Assembly (NCBI GenBank): GCA_964460175.1
Contig: CAYWPN010000002.1
Span: forward strand, 127,145-191,144
Source of the DNA: an uncultured Alistipes sp.
Lineage (GTDB): Bacteria > Bacillota > Clostridia > Oscillospirales > Ruminococcaceae
Direction: 5' to 3'
DNA: 64,000 bases
Below the pieces are notes generated by a model. That model did no database searches and was not told the origin of the DNA. It worked only from the letters and a program-made list of their open reading frames with translations. The translations under genes and the position numbers were made by a program. Positions 45,510 to 53,452 of this stretch are shown piece after piece; positions within the stretch are counted from its first letter, which is position 1; each line of letters opens with the position of its first letter.

Positions 45510-46727
45510 CTATTTAAGTACAGACTCCTGAATAGTGAAATGTTTCGGCACTCCTCTGTCCATGATTATATCAAGCTCACCCTGAATTAATGGCAGGAAG
45601 TATTCCATTGCAACGTCGCTGATATTGTTTCCGCACGGAGTGATAAAACATGAGGGCAGGAACTTTTCCTTGTTTGCGATTTTGTCCGCACCGGCAGTCT
45701 CAATTATCACAGTATACGGCTGATTATTCACACGACGGAACACCATTACTTTTCCTGTTTCACCTTTCAATGCACAGCGCACTCCGGCAGCACCTATTGC
45801 CTCTGATTCGTCTATGTCAGTACGTGAACAGAGGTGCGAGGAACATCTCTGCATGACATTCAGTTCAATCGAACGCACCTTACAGCCGATTTCCGAGCGG
45901 ACAGTCTCTTCAAGGTACTTTCCTATTCCCGAAAGATACTTGTGACCGAAATTGTCAACAACACCCGACTGCACACCCTCAGGAACTTCCATTCCCTCCG
46001 ATACCGCAACAATGACTGCTTTATGTTTCGCCATTTCCTGTTTCACGTCCTTCATGAATTTTTCAAGTGAGAACCTGCTTTCGGGAACATACACAAGATG
46101 CGGGGCAGTTTCGCCCAGCGCATGAAGTACGGCACTCGAAGCAGTAAGCCAGCCTGCGTGACGACCCATTATTTCAACTATAGTAACCGATGGCATACTG
46201 TAAACTGAACTGTCTCTGATGATTTCGTGCATTGTCGTCGCAACGTACTTTGCGGCAGAACCAAATCCGGGAGTATGGTCTGTTATGCAGAGGTCATTGT
46301 CGATTGTTTTAGGAATGCCGATTACTTTTATATCAAGGGAAATTTCATGGAAATATTCGGAAAGCTTGTTAACTGTGTCCATTGAATCATTTCCGCCGAT
46401 ATAGAAAAATGCACCGATTTGCCGCTGAACAATTGTATCAGTAATTTTTTTATAGACAGCGTCGTCCTCTCTCCAGTCGGGCAGTTTATACCTGCATGAA
46501 CCCAGAACAGTAGACGGTGTTTGTCTGAGAAGTTCCATGTCATCAGTTGAGTTTATAAGCGTTTTCATATCAATCAGATGATTTCCGATAATTCCTTCAA
46601 TTCCGTTGACTGAACCAAAAATAGCGTCGATTTCAGGCACTTTGAGCGATTCCCTGAAAACTCCGACCAATGAGGCATTAATAGCGCACGTTGGTCCTCC
46701 AGACTGAGCAACAGCAATATTCATCAT
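45510..46727 (-). CDS. 6-phosphofructokinase (long, about 405-aa clade; ATP versus PPi specificity not resolved)
   Basis: Start at MMNIAVAQSGGPTCAINAS (GGAGGAA RBS). IGGNDSMDT, GIPKTIDNDL, VEIMGRHAGWL. Confidence 0.9.
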   Translation of the reverse strand: MMNIAVAQSGGPTCAINASLVGVFRESLKVPEIDAIFGSVNGIEGIIGNHLIDMKTLINSTDDMELLRQTPSTVLGSCRYKLPDWREDDAVYKKITDTIVQRQIGAFFYIGGNDSMDTVNKLSEYFHEISLDIKVIGIPKTIDNDLCITDHTPGFGSAAKYVATTMHEIIRDSSVYSMPSVTIVEIMGRHAGWLTASSAVLHALGETAPHLVYVPESRFSLEKFMKDVKQEMAKHKAVIVAVSEGMEVPEGVQSGVVDNFGHKYLSGIGKYLEETVRSEIGCKVRSIELNVMQRCSSHLCSRTDIDESEAIGAAGVRCALKGETGKVMVFRRVNNQPYTVIIETAGADKIANKEKFLPSCFITPCGNNISDVAMEYFLPLIQGELDIIMDRGVPKHFTIQESVLK

Positions 46728-46766
46728 AAAAAATTCCTCCACCAAGCATAATAGATTACTATTTTA

Positions 46767-46795
46767 ATTATACCTTAAAATCATACGCTTGTCAA
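46767..46795 (-). promoter_or_regulatory. Candidate sigma-A promoter for pfk
   Basis: Minus strand reads TTGACA - 17 nt - TATAAT (both hexamers are consensus). Confidence 0.7.
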
Positions 46796-46802
46796 TGCAA
46801 AT

Positions 46803-46838
46803 AAAAAATTTCTCTCCGCAAAATAAACGGGAGAGAAA
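46803..46838 (-). terminator. Terminator after the DUF4274-like gene
   Basis: Minus strand reads TTTCTCTCC-cgtttattttgc-GGAGAGAAA followed by TTTTTT. Confidence 0.8.
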
Positions 46839-46841
46839 TAT

Positions 46842-47171
46842 TTATAATTCTGTGTAGAAAATATCCGGCACTCCTTCTTTCTTAAGAATATATCTTTCCG
46901 TCCGTGTCAGAGAAATTGTAAAATGATTTTCAGTTCTTGGATATTTTCCGTTAATTATATCATTGTACAATTTTTCAATAAATCCGCACCATTCTTTGTC
47001 AAAATCATCTGAAATATCATTAAGAATATAACTTAACCCGTCTCCGAGCCAGAATACTTCCAGTGCCATAGCCAAATCGCAGCTGCTGTCTGATACAATT
47101 TGTCTGGGAATTTCCAGACCGTCGTCCCAGTTATATTCAGCCAATAATTTTTTCATTCTGCTGTAAGTCAT
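46842..47171 (-). CDS. DUF4274-like small cytoplasmic protein
   Basis: AGGAGG RBS 5 nt upstream of ATG 47171. YNWDDGLEIPRQIVSDSSCDLAMALEVFWLGDG pattern recalled as DUF4274. The 5' end overlaps the CPBP gene by 35 nt. Confidence 0.65.
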   Translation of the reverse strand: MTYSRMKKLLAEYNWDDGLEIPRQIVSDSSCDLAMALEVFWLGDGLSYILNDISDDFDKEWCGFIEKLYNDIINGKYPRTENHFTISLTRTERYILKKEGVPDIFYTEL

Positions 47172-48006
47172 GATTACCTCCTGTTTTATCTTTTCTGATT
47201 ATTAAAACTGTCACTGCGATTACTAAAACGTATCCGATAATTGAAATAACAGAAGATTCAATTCCGAAATCACCGCCTGTTATAAATATATTGTCCGTTC
47301 TGAGAACGTATGTATATACTGCGGAGTTATCGGGTTCTGTTCCGACGTGAAGCAGACCGACCGTTGACATATTCCAGAGTGCGTGTACCAAAGCGTTGTT
47401 CCAGAAATTATCGCTCTGATACATTATCAGAGAAAACATAATTCCTACAGTCGTACCGGCAGCTATAAGCTGTAAAATACTGATAAAACTGAGTTTGTTT
47501 CCGATAATATGCATAAGTCCGAAAAGTATGGAAGGAATTATAACAGCAGATTTTATATTATAATTTTTTCTGATAAATCCCATTATTATTCCACGGAATA
47601 CCATTTCCTCAACAATTCCGCCTGCTATGCTGTACAATCCTATACCTGTAACGACAACTGATATTTTATCATCTCCTGTCAGCACAGACCATTCGCCGTC
47701 CATAAATAAGAATGCAGTAACTACAGACAACGGCAGAAGTACTGCTGTTATACACCATACAGGTTTCAGACTGAATTTTTTTATTCCTATTTCAGACAAC
47801 TGAATTTTGTAAATTTTCTGGAAAATAAACTTCAGTCCGAAATATGTAAGAACAGGATACAGAACAGAAGCAGCCGTTCCGCCGATAAATGCAGGCAGAC
47901 CGACAGCCGTCAGTATTTCTCCTGCTCCAATACCAATAAGCTGTGCGGTTATAAGTACTATAATTGACAGAAAACAGCCTGAAAGTGTTTTAAAGAATTT
48001 TTTCAT
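47137..48006 (-). CDS. CPBP family intramembrane glutamic endopeptidase (Abi/CAAX protease-like)
   Basis: Polytopic. GGIVEEMVFRG (EExxxR), FGLMH and HALWN motifs. Confidence 0.85.
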   Translation of the reverse strand: MKKFFKTLSGCFLSIIVLITAQLIGIGAGEILTAVGLPAFIGGTAASVLYPVLTYFGLKFIFQKIYKIQLSEIGIKKFSLKPVWCITAVLLPLSVVTAFLFMDGEWSVLTGDDKISVVVTGIGLYSIAGGIVEEMVFRGIIMGFIRKNYNIKSAVIIPSILFGLMHIIGNKLSFISILQLIAAGTTVGIMFSLIMYQSDNFWNNALVHALWNMSTVGLLHVGTEPDNSAVYTYVLRTDNIFITGGDFGIESSVISIIGYVLVIAVTVLIIRKDKTGGNHDLQQNEKIIG

Positions 48007-48088
48007 TTTAAACTCCCTATTATTAACAAGTATTCTGTTTTTATTATACAGTAAAAAAGCACGCTTGTCAATGGAGTTTTTAAATAAA

Positions 48089-48541
48089 TCACAGAGTTTT
48101 AGAGAAGTAGATTTTTCTTGCTATAGTTACAATGCTGATAAACAAAACAACAGAAATAAGTGTGAAAAACACTTCCGCACTGAAATATCCTGCTACTACC
48201 GCAGAAAAAAGCAACGGAAAACATACTGACCTCTGCAAATTAATGCCCGTAAGTTCAGATATTTTCATATTACGCTCATCTGTATCTTTTATGTACATTT
48301 CTTTGAGTTTTTTCTCATCTTTCAGTGCAGAACCAATATAAGCCGTTGAAGCAATCAGCCATATAGTCAATCCCACAAATAAACCAATCTGAAAGCCACT
48401 TATAAAGTCGCCGAAATCTCCGTCAGGCTTATACTTTGAGAAATAGCCCTGCTGACCTATTATAAATATAGCACTGCCGAAACAAAGCATTATTGCATTT
48501 GAAGAAATTTTCTGCTGTATCATCTTTTTGTAGTTTTCCAT
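48089..48541 (-). CDS. Small membrane protein (4 TM) paired with the XRE regulator
   Basis: GGAGG RBS, 15 nt after the regulator stop. Hydrophobic helices. No family assigned. Confidence 0.7.
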   Translation of the reverse strand: MENYKKMIQQKISSNAIMLCFGSAIFIIGQQGYFSKYKPDGDFGDFISGFQIGLFVGLTIWLIASTAYIGSALKDEKKLKEMYIKDTDERNMKISELTGINLQRSVCFPLLFSAVVAGYFSAEVFFTLISVVLFISIVTIARKIYFSKTL

Positions 48542-48556
48542 AATAATAACCTCCGC

Positions 48557-48757
48557 TTAGTCAATATCAGAGAAGTCAAAGACTTCCTCGATAGTAAGAT
48601 TGAAGTAGCGTGAAATCTTATAGGCAAGAACGAGCGAAGCCGTATACTTCCCGCATTCAATGGACGTTATAGTCTGCCTTGTGACATCAACAGCCGACGC
48701 AAGTTCGTCCTGCGAGATTTTACGCTGTTTTCTGAGTTCTTTTATTTTTGTTTTCAT
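48557..48757 (-). CDS. XRE-family helix-turn-helix transcriptional regulator (66 aa)
   Basis: IKELRKQRKISQDELASAVDVTRQTITSIECGKYTASLVLAYKISRYFNLTIEEVF. Confidence 0.9.
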   Translation of the reverse strand: MKTKIKELRKQRKISQDELASAVDVTRQTITSIECGKYTASLVLAYKISRYFNLTIEEVFDFSDID

Positions 48758-48785
48758 TCAATCACCTGTCTTTTTTGCTAAGTTA

Positions 48786-48839
48786 ACTTTGCAATTTTAG
48801 TATAGCACACTTTGCATAAAATGTCAAGTATACTTTGCA
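48786..48839. promoter_or_regulatory. Three phased ACTTTGCA direct repeats (putative operator) overlapping the XRE promoter
   Basis: ACTTTGCA at 48786-48793, 48809-48816 and 48832-48839, an exact 23-bp spacing. One copy is downstream of the -10, one is in the spacer and one is upstream of the -35. Confidence 0.5.
48799..48827 (-). promoter_or_regulatory. Candidate sigma-A promoter of the XRE operon
   Basis: Minus strand reads TTGACA - 17 nt - TATACT. Confidence 0.6.
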
Positions 48840-48867
48840 AAAAGAGATATATTTTTTTATTTTAACA

Positions 48868-48895
48868 TAAAAAAGAGGACGTATAAACGTCCCCT
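48868..48895 (-). terminator. Terminator after the PBP lipoprotein gene
   Basis: Minus strand reads AGGGGACG-tttata-CGTCCTCT followed by TTTTTTATG. Confidence 0.8.
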
Positions 48896-48906
48896 TGATA
48901 TATATT

Positions 48907-50493
48907 TTACTGACCGGTAACGCAGTTGACAATGCCCTGATAGAGTGAGGCACTCTCGCTTGCGAAATTAAATCCGAAAGCCTGCGGATTTCTGAACTGC
49001 GTAACGATTATGTAGGAATCATTGTAACTGCTGTAATCGCCGTATTTTTTCGTACCGTCGTCGCTTGAACTTTTAAGTATGCCTGTAATATAAAGGAAAT
49101 CGCCCTCCCACGTTTCAGCAGTACCGGTCTTTGCGTAGAACTCATATCCCGACGGAACATAAATTCCGAGATTACCGCCTACTCCTGTCATACCGTCAAG
49201 CAGATTTTGTCTGTATTCTTTAGGAATAGTACCAATTACTTCATGGTCTTTCGAACCTGCTCCGATAACACTCTTCACGTCGTTTGTATCAACAATACTC
49301 TGCACAGTAAACGGCTTTACCATATCACCGAATACAGCCTCACGTCCAAGAGCGGCGAGATAAATCGGACAGGTCATTACATAGGACTGCCCGAATGCAG
49401 AACGGCGCAAATCGTCGTTACAGTAAATTTCGATATTATTACTGATAGTACCGAAATCGCAGTCTATATCGCTTACAAAATGGAATATGTTCTCCAAATC
49501 CGCAAGTACGTCGTCTTTGCCGATAGTATCAAATGAACGTGCAAAGAAAATATTGCTTGAATTGGTGAACGCTGAATAGAGACTTCTTTCCATAGGATAA
49601 TTCCAGTTTGTATCATGGTCCCAGTTTACGATAGACGTTCCGTCATAGTACCATGTACCCTCATCGGTAAGGGAATAAATACCGTGTTTGTCTGAAATCA
49701 CCTCAGACATAATCTTAAAGCACGAACCTGGCGGAAAGTTCTGAAAAGCCTTGTTTCCGTAATTTCCCCATGCCAAATCCTCTTCTGTCTCAACACCATA
49801 GTAATCATCGGGATTGTATGACGGATAGGAAACTTCCGCAAGAAGCGAGCCGTCGCTCCTCATAACAACGGCAGAACCGATAATTCCAGTGTTTTCCATG
49901 TAACTATAAATAGCATTCTGAATATCAGCGTCGAAAGTCAGTTTGATTGATTGTCCGACCTTTGTATCGCTTGTCGGATTTTGTGTGCGGAGTTTCTTGT
50001 CATACACCAAATCGAGACCTTCCGACATTTCATTCAGTATGTTAGCAAAAGCGACTTTGTTTGCGTCGTTAGTCATACGCTGTTCCTTGCCTGAAGTATC
50101 TTTTTCACTGTACATCAGCAGAGTACCTTTGCAGTCATAGAGATTGCCACGCATAACAGACGGAACAGGTGCAGGAGCTGTTGTTGTCGGCACAGTCCCC
50201 GTTTCTTTAGTCGTATCTCCTGTTGCCTTCGACCCTGTTTCTGTCTGATTTTTTGCAGTTGTCACCATATCTTTGACAGGACTTAAAGTTCCTGCCGGAT
50301 TGAAGGCAGCTATTGCAGTAGTAACAGCAATATCAGCTGACTGTGTTGTGCCGTTATCCGCTGCGTCATTGCGTGAAATCGTATGTTCTGTAGTTGCTGA
50401 GTCAACAGGCTGAACGACGTTTCCGCACGATTGCAGTGAAAGCACTGATACAAGACTGATTGCTGCAAGTAATTTTTTTCTTTTATTTTTCAT
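48907..50493 (-). CDS. Lipoprotein with a penicillin-binding-protein transpeptidase domain
   Basis: Lipobox LSLQSCGN. T-rich linker. SxxK (GSCFK), SxN (SSN), KTG (KTGTAE). Confidence 0.85.
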   Translation of the reverse strand: MKNKRKKLLAAISLVSVLSLQSCGNVVQPVDSATTEHTISRNDAADNGTTQSADIAVTTAIAAFNPAGTLSPVKDMVTTAKNQTETGSKATGDTTKETGTVPTTTAPAPVPSVMRGNLYDCKGTLLMYSEKDTSGKEQRMTNDANKVAFANILNEMSEGLDLVYDKKLRTQNPTSDTKVGQSIKLTFDADIQNAIYSYMENTGIIGSAVVMRSDGSLLAEVSYPSYNPDDYYGVETEEDLAWGNYGNKAFQNFPPGSCFKIMSEVISDKHGIYSLTDEGTWYYDGTSIVNWDHDTNWNYPMERSLYSAFTNSSNIFFARSFDTIGKDDVLADLENIFHFVSDIDCDFGTISNNIEIYCNDDLRRSAFGQSYVMTCPIYLAALGREAVFGDMVKPFTVQSIVDTNDVKSVIGAGSKDHEVIGTIPKEYRQNLLDGMTGVGGNLGIYVPSGYEFYAKTGTAETWEGDFLYITGILKSSSDDGTKKYGDYSSYNDSYIIVTQFRNPQAFGFNFASESASLYQGIVNCVTGQ

Positions 50494-50528
50494 GTTAAAA
50501 ATTCACCCTCCCAAGTGTATCTAAAATA

Positions 50529-50557
50529 ATTATATCCTATTTTGCGGATTATGTCAA
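50529..50557 (-). promoter_or_regulatory. Candidate sigma-A promoter for the PBP lipoprotein gene
   Basis: Minus strand reads TTGACA - 17 nt - TATAAT. Confidence 0.65.
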
Positions 50558-50692
50558 TATATAATCCATTAAAAATATCTATGCAGAATTATGCAGTATT
50601 TCAACGATTTATGGATTTTTTTGCAGATAAACGTGAATAAATTTGCATTAATTTTGCATATATTTAAAATAAATGCTTTATGGAGGTAAAAT

Positions 50693-51835
50693 ATGAAAAA
50701 ATCAATATTTTTAGCAATAATATCTGTTGTCGCACTTGTTTCCTGTTCAGTGGAAAATATGCCTGTTCCGGAAAGCAGTGACTTGCAGATGCAGAATCAG
50801 TCACAGTCCCCTGCGGAAAACACAGCAGATTACATTCCGCTGAACTTCACAAGCCAGACAGGACTATGGCTTCCATATATGGATTTCGAGAACTATATAT
50901 ACAACAAATCCGAAGACGAATACAGGCAGGAAGTTAAAAAAATAATCAGCTCTGCAAAAGCTGACGGTATAAATACACTGTATTTTCACGTTCACCCGAA
51001 CGGCGACGCTTATTATAAGTCAGAAATTTTCCCTAAGGGTATCTACTACACAGGCGACTATGACCCTTTGCAGATTATGCTTGATGAGGCGCACGATACG
51101 GGAATATCAGTCCACGCATGGCTAAATCCGCTGAGATTTCAGACTGTCGAGCAGATGGAAAGTCTGCCCGATGATTTCATAGTAAAGCAATGGGTGAACG
51201 AAGGCAGTCCTATGGTGAAGATTGTCAACGGCAGATACTATCTAAATCCTGCCTATGAAGAAGTACGTGAACTCGTCAGCAGCTGCGCCGACGAGATACT
51301 TCAGAATTACAACGTCGACGGCATACATATCGACGACTACTTCTACCCTACTACTGACACTGAATTTGACAAGGAAGCCTTTGAAACAAGCGGAAGTTCC
51401 GATTTAGCGCAGTGGCGGACAGATAATATAAATAAAATGGTTAAATCCCTGTATGACACTGTAAAAAATAATAATAAAAGGGTAAAATTCGGAATAAGTC
51501 CGCAGGGAAACATCAATGCGAACTACAATTCACAATACGCTGATGTAAAGCTGTGGGCTGACAGTCAAGGTTATGCGGATTACATAATTCCGCAGATTTA
51601 CTTCGGCTTTAAAAATGAAACCTGCCCGTTTGAAGAGACCCTGCACGAATGGGAAAATATCACAGATGACAGTGTTTCTCTTGTCATAGGTCTTGCGGAA
51701 TACAAAACAGGCGAGGAGGATAAATGGGCAGGTGAAGCAGGCGAGAACGAATGGATTGAAAATCCTGATATTATTCAACAGCAGATTGACCTTGTGAAAT
51801 CTTCTTCCGCCGACGGTTACGCACTATACAGATAA
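50693..51835 (+). CDS. GHL10 (glycosyl hydrolase-like 10, YngK-type) lipoprotein
   Basis: Lipobox VALVSCS. VHAWLNPLRF and DGIHIDDYFYP motifs recalled from the GHL10 family. Confidence 0.8.
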   Translation: MKKSIFLAIISVVALVSCSVENMPVPESSDLQMQNQSQSPAENTADYIPLNFTSQTGLWLPYMDFENYIYNKSEDEYRQEVKKIISSAKADGINTLYFHVHPNGDAYYKSEIFPKGIYYTGDYDPLQIMLDEAHDTGISVHAWLNPLRFQTVEQMESLPDDFIVKQWVNEGSPMVKIVNGRYYLNPAYEEVRELVSSCADEILQNYNVDGIHIDDYFYPTTDTEFDKEAFETSGSSDLAQWRTDNINKMVKSLYDTVKNNNKRVKFGISPQGNINANYNSQYADVKLWADSQGYADYIIPQIYFGFKNETCPFEETLHEWENITDDSVSLVIGLAEYKTGEEDKWAGEAGENEWIENPDIIQQQIDLVKSSSADGYALYR

Positions 51836-51904
51836 TCAGATATATTATCTGATATATAAGGCATATTGGAATTACAGAATAATAGCACAGAAAAAGTCCC
51901 AATT

Positions 51905-52240
51905 TTATGTATTAAAATGCAGATACTCCATAAGTAAAACAGTCGCTGACAAGGTACAGCAGTAAGTTATTATTAAAATCATCACTGACTTTTTCTGTAA
52001 AATATTTTTCTTTTTCAATATAAAATATTCTGCATATAAAATCTGATATGAAAGACAAATGGGTATCACAGGGTAATAAATAAAAATATAAAACATAATT
52101 ACCACATAAGTTATAAATATTTCAAAATCCAATGAGTTTCTTATCAGAAGATAGGCAATCATATTCCATAAACCGCAAATAAACGGCACTGCATACGGAG
52201 CAAACGAGAGTATCAATATTATTTTCGGGATTTTTTTCAT
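51905..52240 (-). CDS. Small hypothetical membrane protein (111 aa, AT-rich)
   Basis: Start at MKKIPKIILILSF (AAGGGGGAG RBS). Three hydrophobic helices. Confidence 0.6.
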   Translation of the reverse strand: MKKIPKIILILSFAPYAVPFICGLWNMIAYLLIRNSLDFEIFITYVVIMFYIFIYYPVIPICLSYQILYAEYFILKKKNILQKKSVMILIITYCCTLSATVLLMEYLHFNT

Positions 52241-52325
52241 ATAAACTCCCCCTTTTGTATATTTTACCATAAATTTCATACGCTGTAAAGATGACAAATG
52301 TCACTTTATGAATGACAAATGTCAC

Positions 52326-52356
52326 AAAAAAGAACCCCCGAAAAAACAGGAGTTCT
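52326..52356 (-). terminator. Terminator of the dockerin-repeat / radical SAM operon (bidirectional shape)
   Basis: Minus strand reads AGAACTCC-tgttttttc-GGGGGTTCT followed by TTTTTTG. It starts 20 nt after the rSAM stop. Confidence 0.75.
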
Positions 52357-52376
52357 TTTTTGTAAGGAGTATATGT

Positions 52377-53450
52377 TTAGAAGAGAATATCTTTAAAACA
52401 GAGCTGAGGTTCGTGCTTATCGAAGTCCCAGCTGTGATAAGCATCGCCGTGACATCTGCAATTCTCCGAGCAGTTACGGCATTTTTCGTTTTCATCACTG
52501 AGATTTTTGCGGAATATCTGGAAACCGTTCTCCCACACGTCTTTGAAACGGTCTGTGAGGATATTTCCCTGAATAAATTCGGGACGGCGTTCAATGTCGA
52601 GACAAGCCGTAATATCGCCGTTCGCCATGATACTTGCAATATATGTACCTGCCGTGCAGATGTAGTACCAGTCACGCACTTCACGTTCATATTCCATGCC
52701 GAGATAGTGACTGCAACCATATGTGACAGGCTCACCTTCAATACGCTTGTTGCGGATATAATCGAACATATAGCGGTAATCATCGGGAGTAAGAATAAGT
52801 TCAGGGTGCTGTTTTGCACGTCCGATTGGTTCAATATTGATAATACGCCATGAATCTATATCCATATCATCAAATATTTTATAAAGTTCGTCAAGCTGAC
52901 CGATATTCTGGTGAGTGACAACAGTTGTAACCTGAATATGTTTGAAACCGCCGGTTCTGATAAGGTTTTCAATGCCGTTAATACCACGTTTCCAGCCTCC
53001 CGGAGTACGTCTGAAAGCGTCATGGGTTTCTTCGAGGCCGTCAATACTTACTGAAATGGTAGCCATTCCCACACGTTTCAAATCCTTTGCGACTTCTTCG
53101 TCAATCAGTGTTGCATTGCTTGTCATTCCCCAGCTGAAACCAAGTTCGTGGGCGGAAGCCATAATATCAAAGAAATCCTTGCGCAGAAGAGGTTCACCGC
53201 CCGTAATGCAGAGCATTTTATCTGCCGTACCGAAATCGCCCTTTACTTCTGCAAGAAATTTTGCATACTGTTTCGGCGTTATCTCCTCCGACGACACATC
53301 ACCGCAGTTACTTCCGCAGTGCAGACAGCGTTCATTACAGCGCAAAGTAAGTTCAAGAAACAGGTGGCGGAGCTGAGGCTTTATCATAAGTCCCGCACGG
53401 TAAGCCTCAAGGGTTTTCATATTATCTTTTTTTACATTTACATCAAGCAT
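52377..53450 (-). CDS. Radical SAM / SPASM-domain enzyme (357 aa), no N-terminal RRE-sized domain
   Basis: CX3CX2C at LRCNERCLHC (C38/C42/C45). GGEPLLR, SVSIDG. Eight C-terminal Cys (GCSH, YICTAG, TACLD, KCRNCSENCRCHG, QLCF) are consistent with two auxiliary clusters. The ATG is 2 nt after the upstream stop, and its GAGGAG RBS lies in the upstream gene's last codons. Confidence 0.88.
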   Translation of the reverse strand: MLDVNVKKDNMKTLEAYRAGLMIKPQLRHLFLELTLRCNERCLHCGSNCGDVSSEEITPKQYAKFLAEVKGDFGTADKMLCITGGEPLLRKDFFDIMASAHELGFSWGMTSNATLIDEEVAKDLKRVGMATISVSIDGLEETHDAFRRTPGGWKRGINGIENLIRTGGFKHIQVTTVVTHQNIGQLDELYKIFDDMDIDSWRIINIEPIGRAKQHPELILTPDDYRYMFDYIRNKRIEGEPVTYGCSHYLGMEYEREVRDWYYICTAGTYIASIMANGDITACLDIERRPEFIQGNILTDRFKDVWENGFQIFRKNLSDENEKCRNCSENCRCHGDAYHSWDFDKHEPQLCFKDILF

Positions 53451-53452
53451 TT

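Noticed and set aside
52308-52853. 181-aa plus-strand and 170-aa minus-strand alternative ORFs over the 3' half of the rSAM gene
   Set aside because: They would destroy the SPASM Cys-rich region, which reads through cleanly in the 52377-53450 frame.
52377-53450. Interpreting the rSAM/SPASM enzyme as an anaerobic sulfatase-maturating enzyme, a SCIFF maturase or a sactipeptide maturase
   Set aside because: No sulfatase gene is nearby and the adjacent protein has no (C/S)xPxR motif. No short Cys-rich peptide ORF is adjacent. The coupled substrate candidate has no Cys, so thioether chemistry is impossible.
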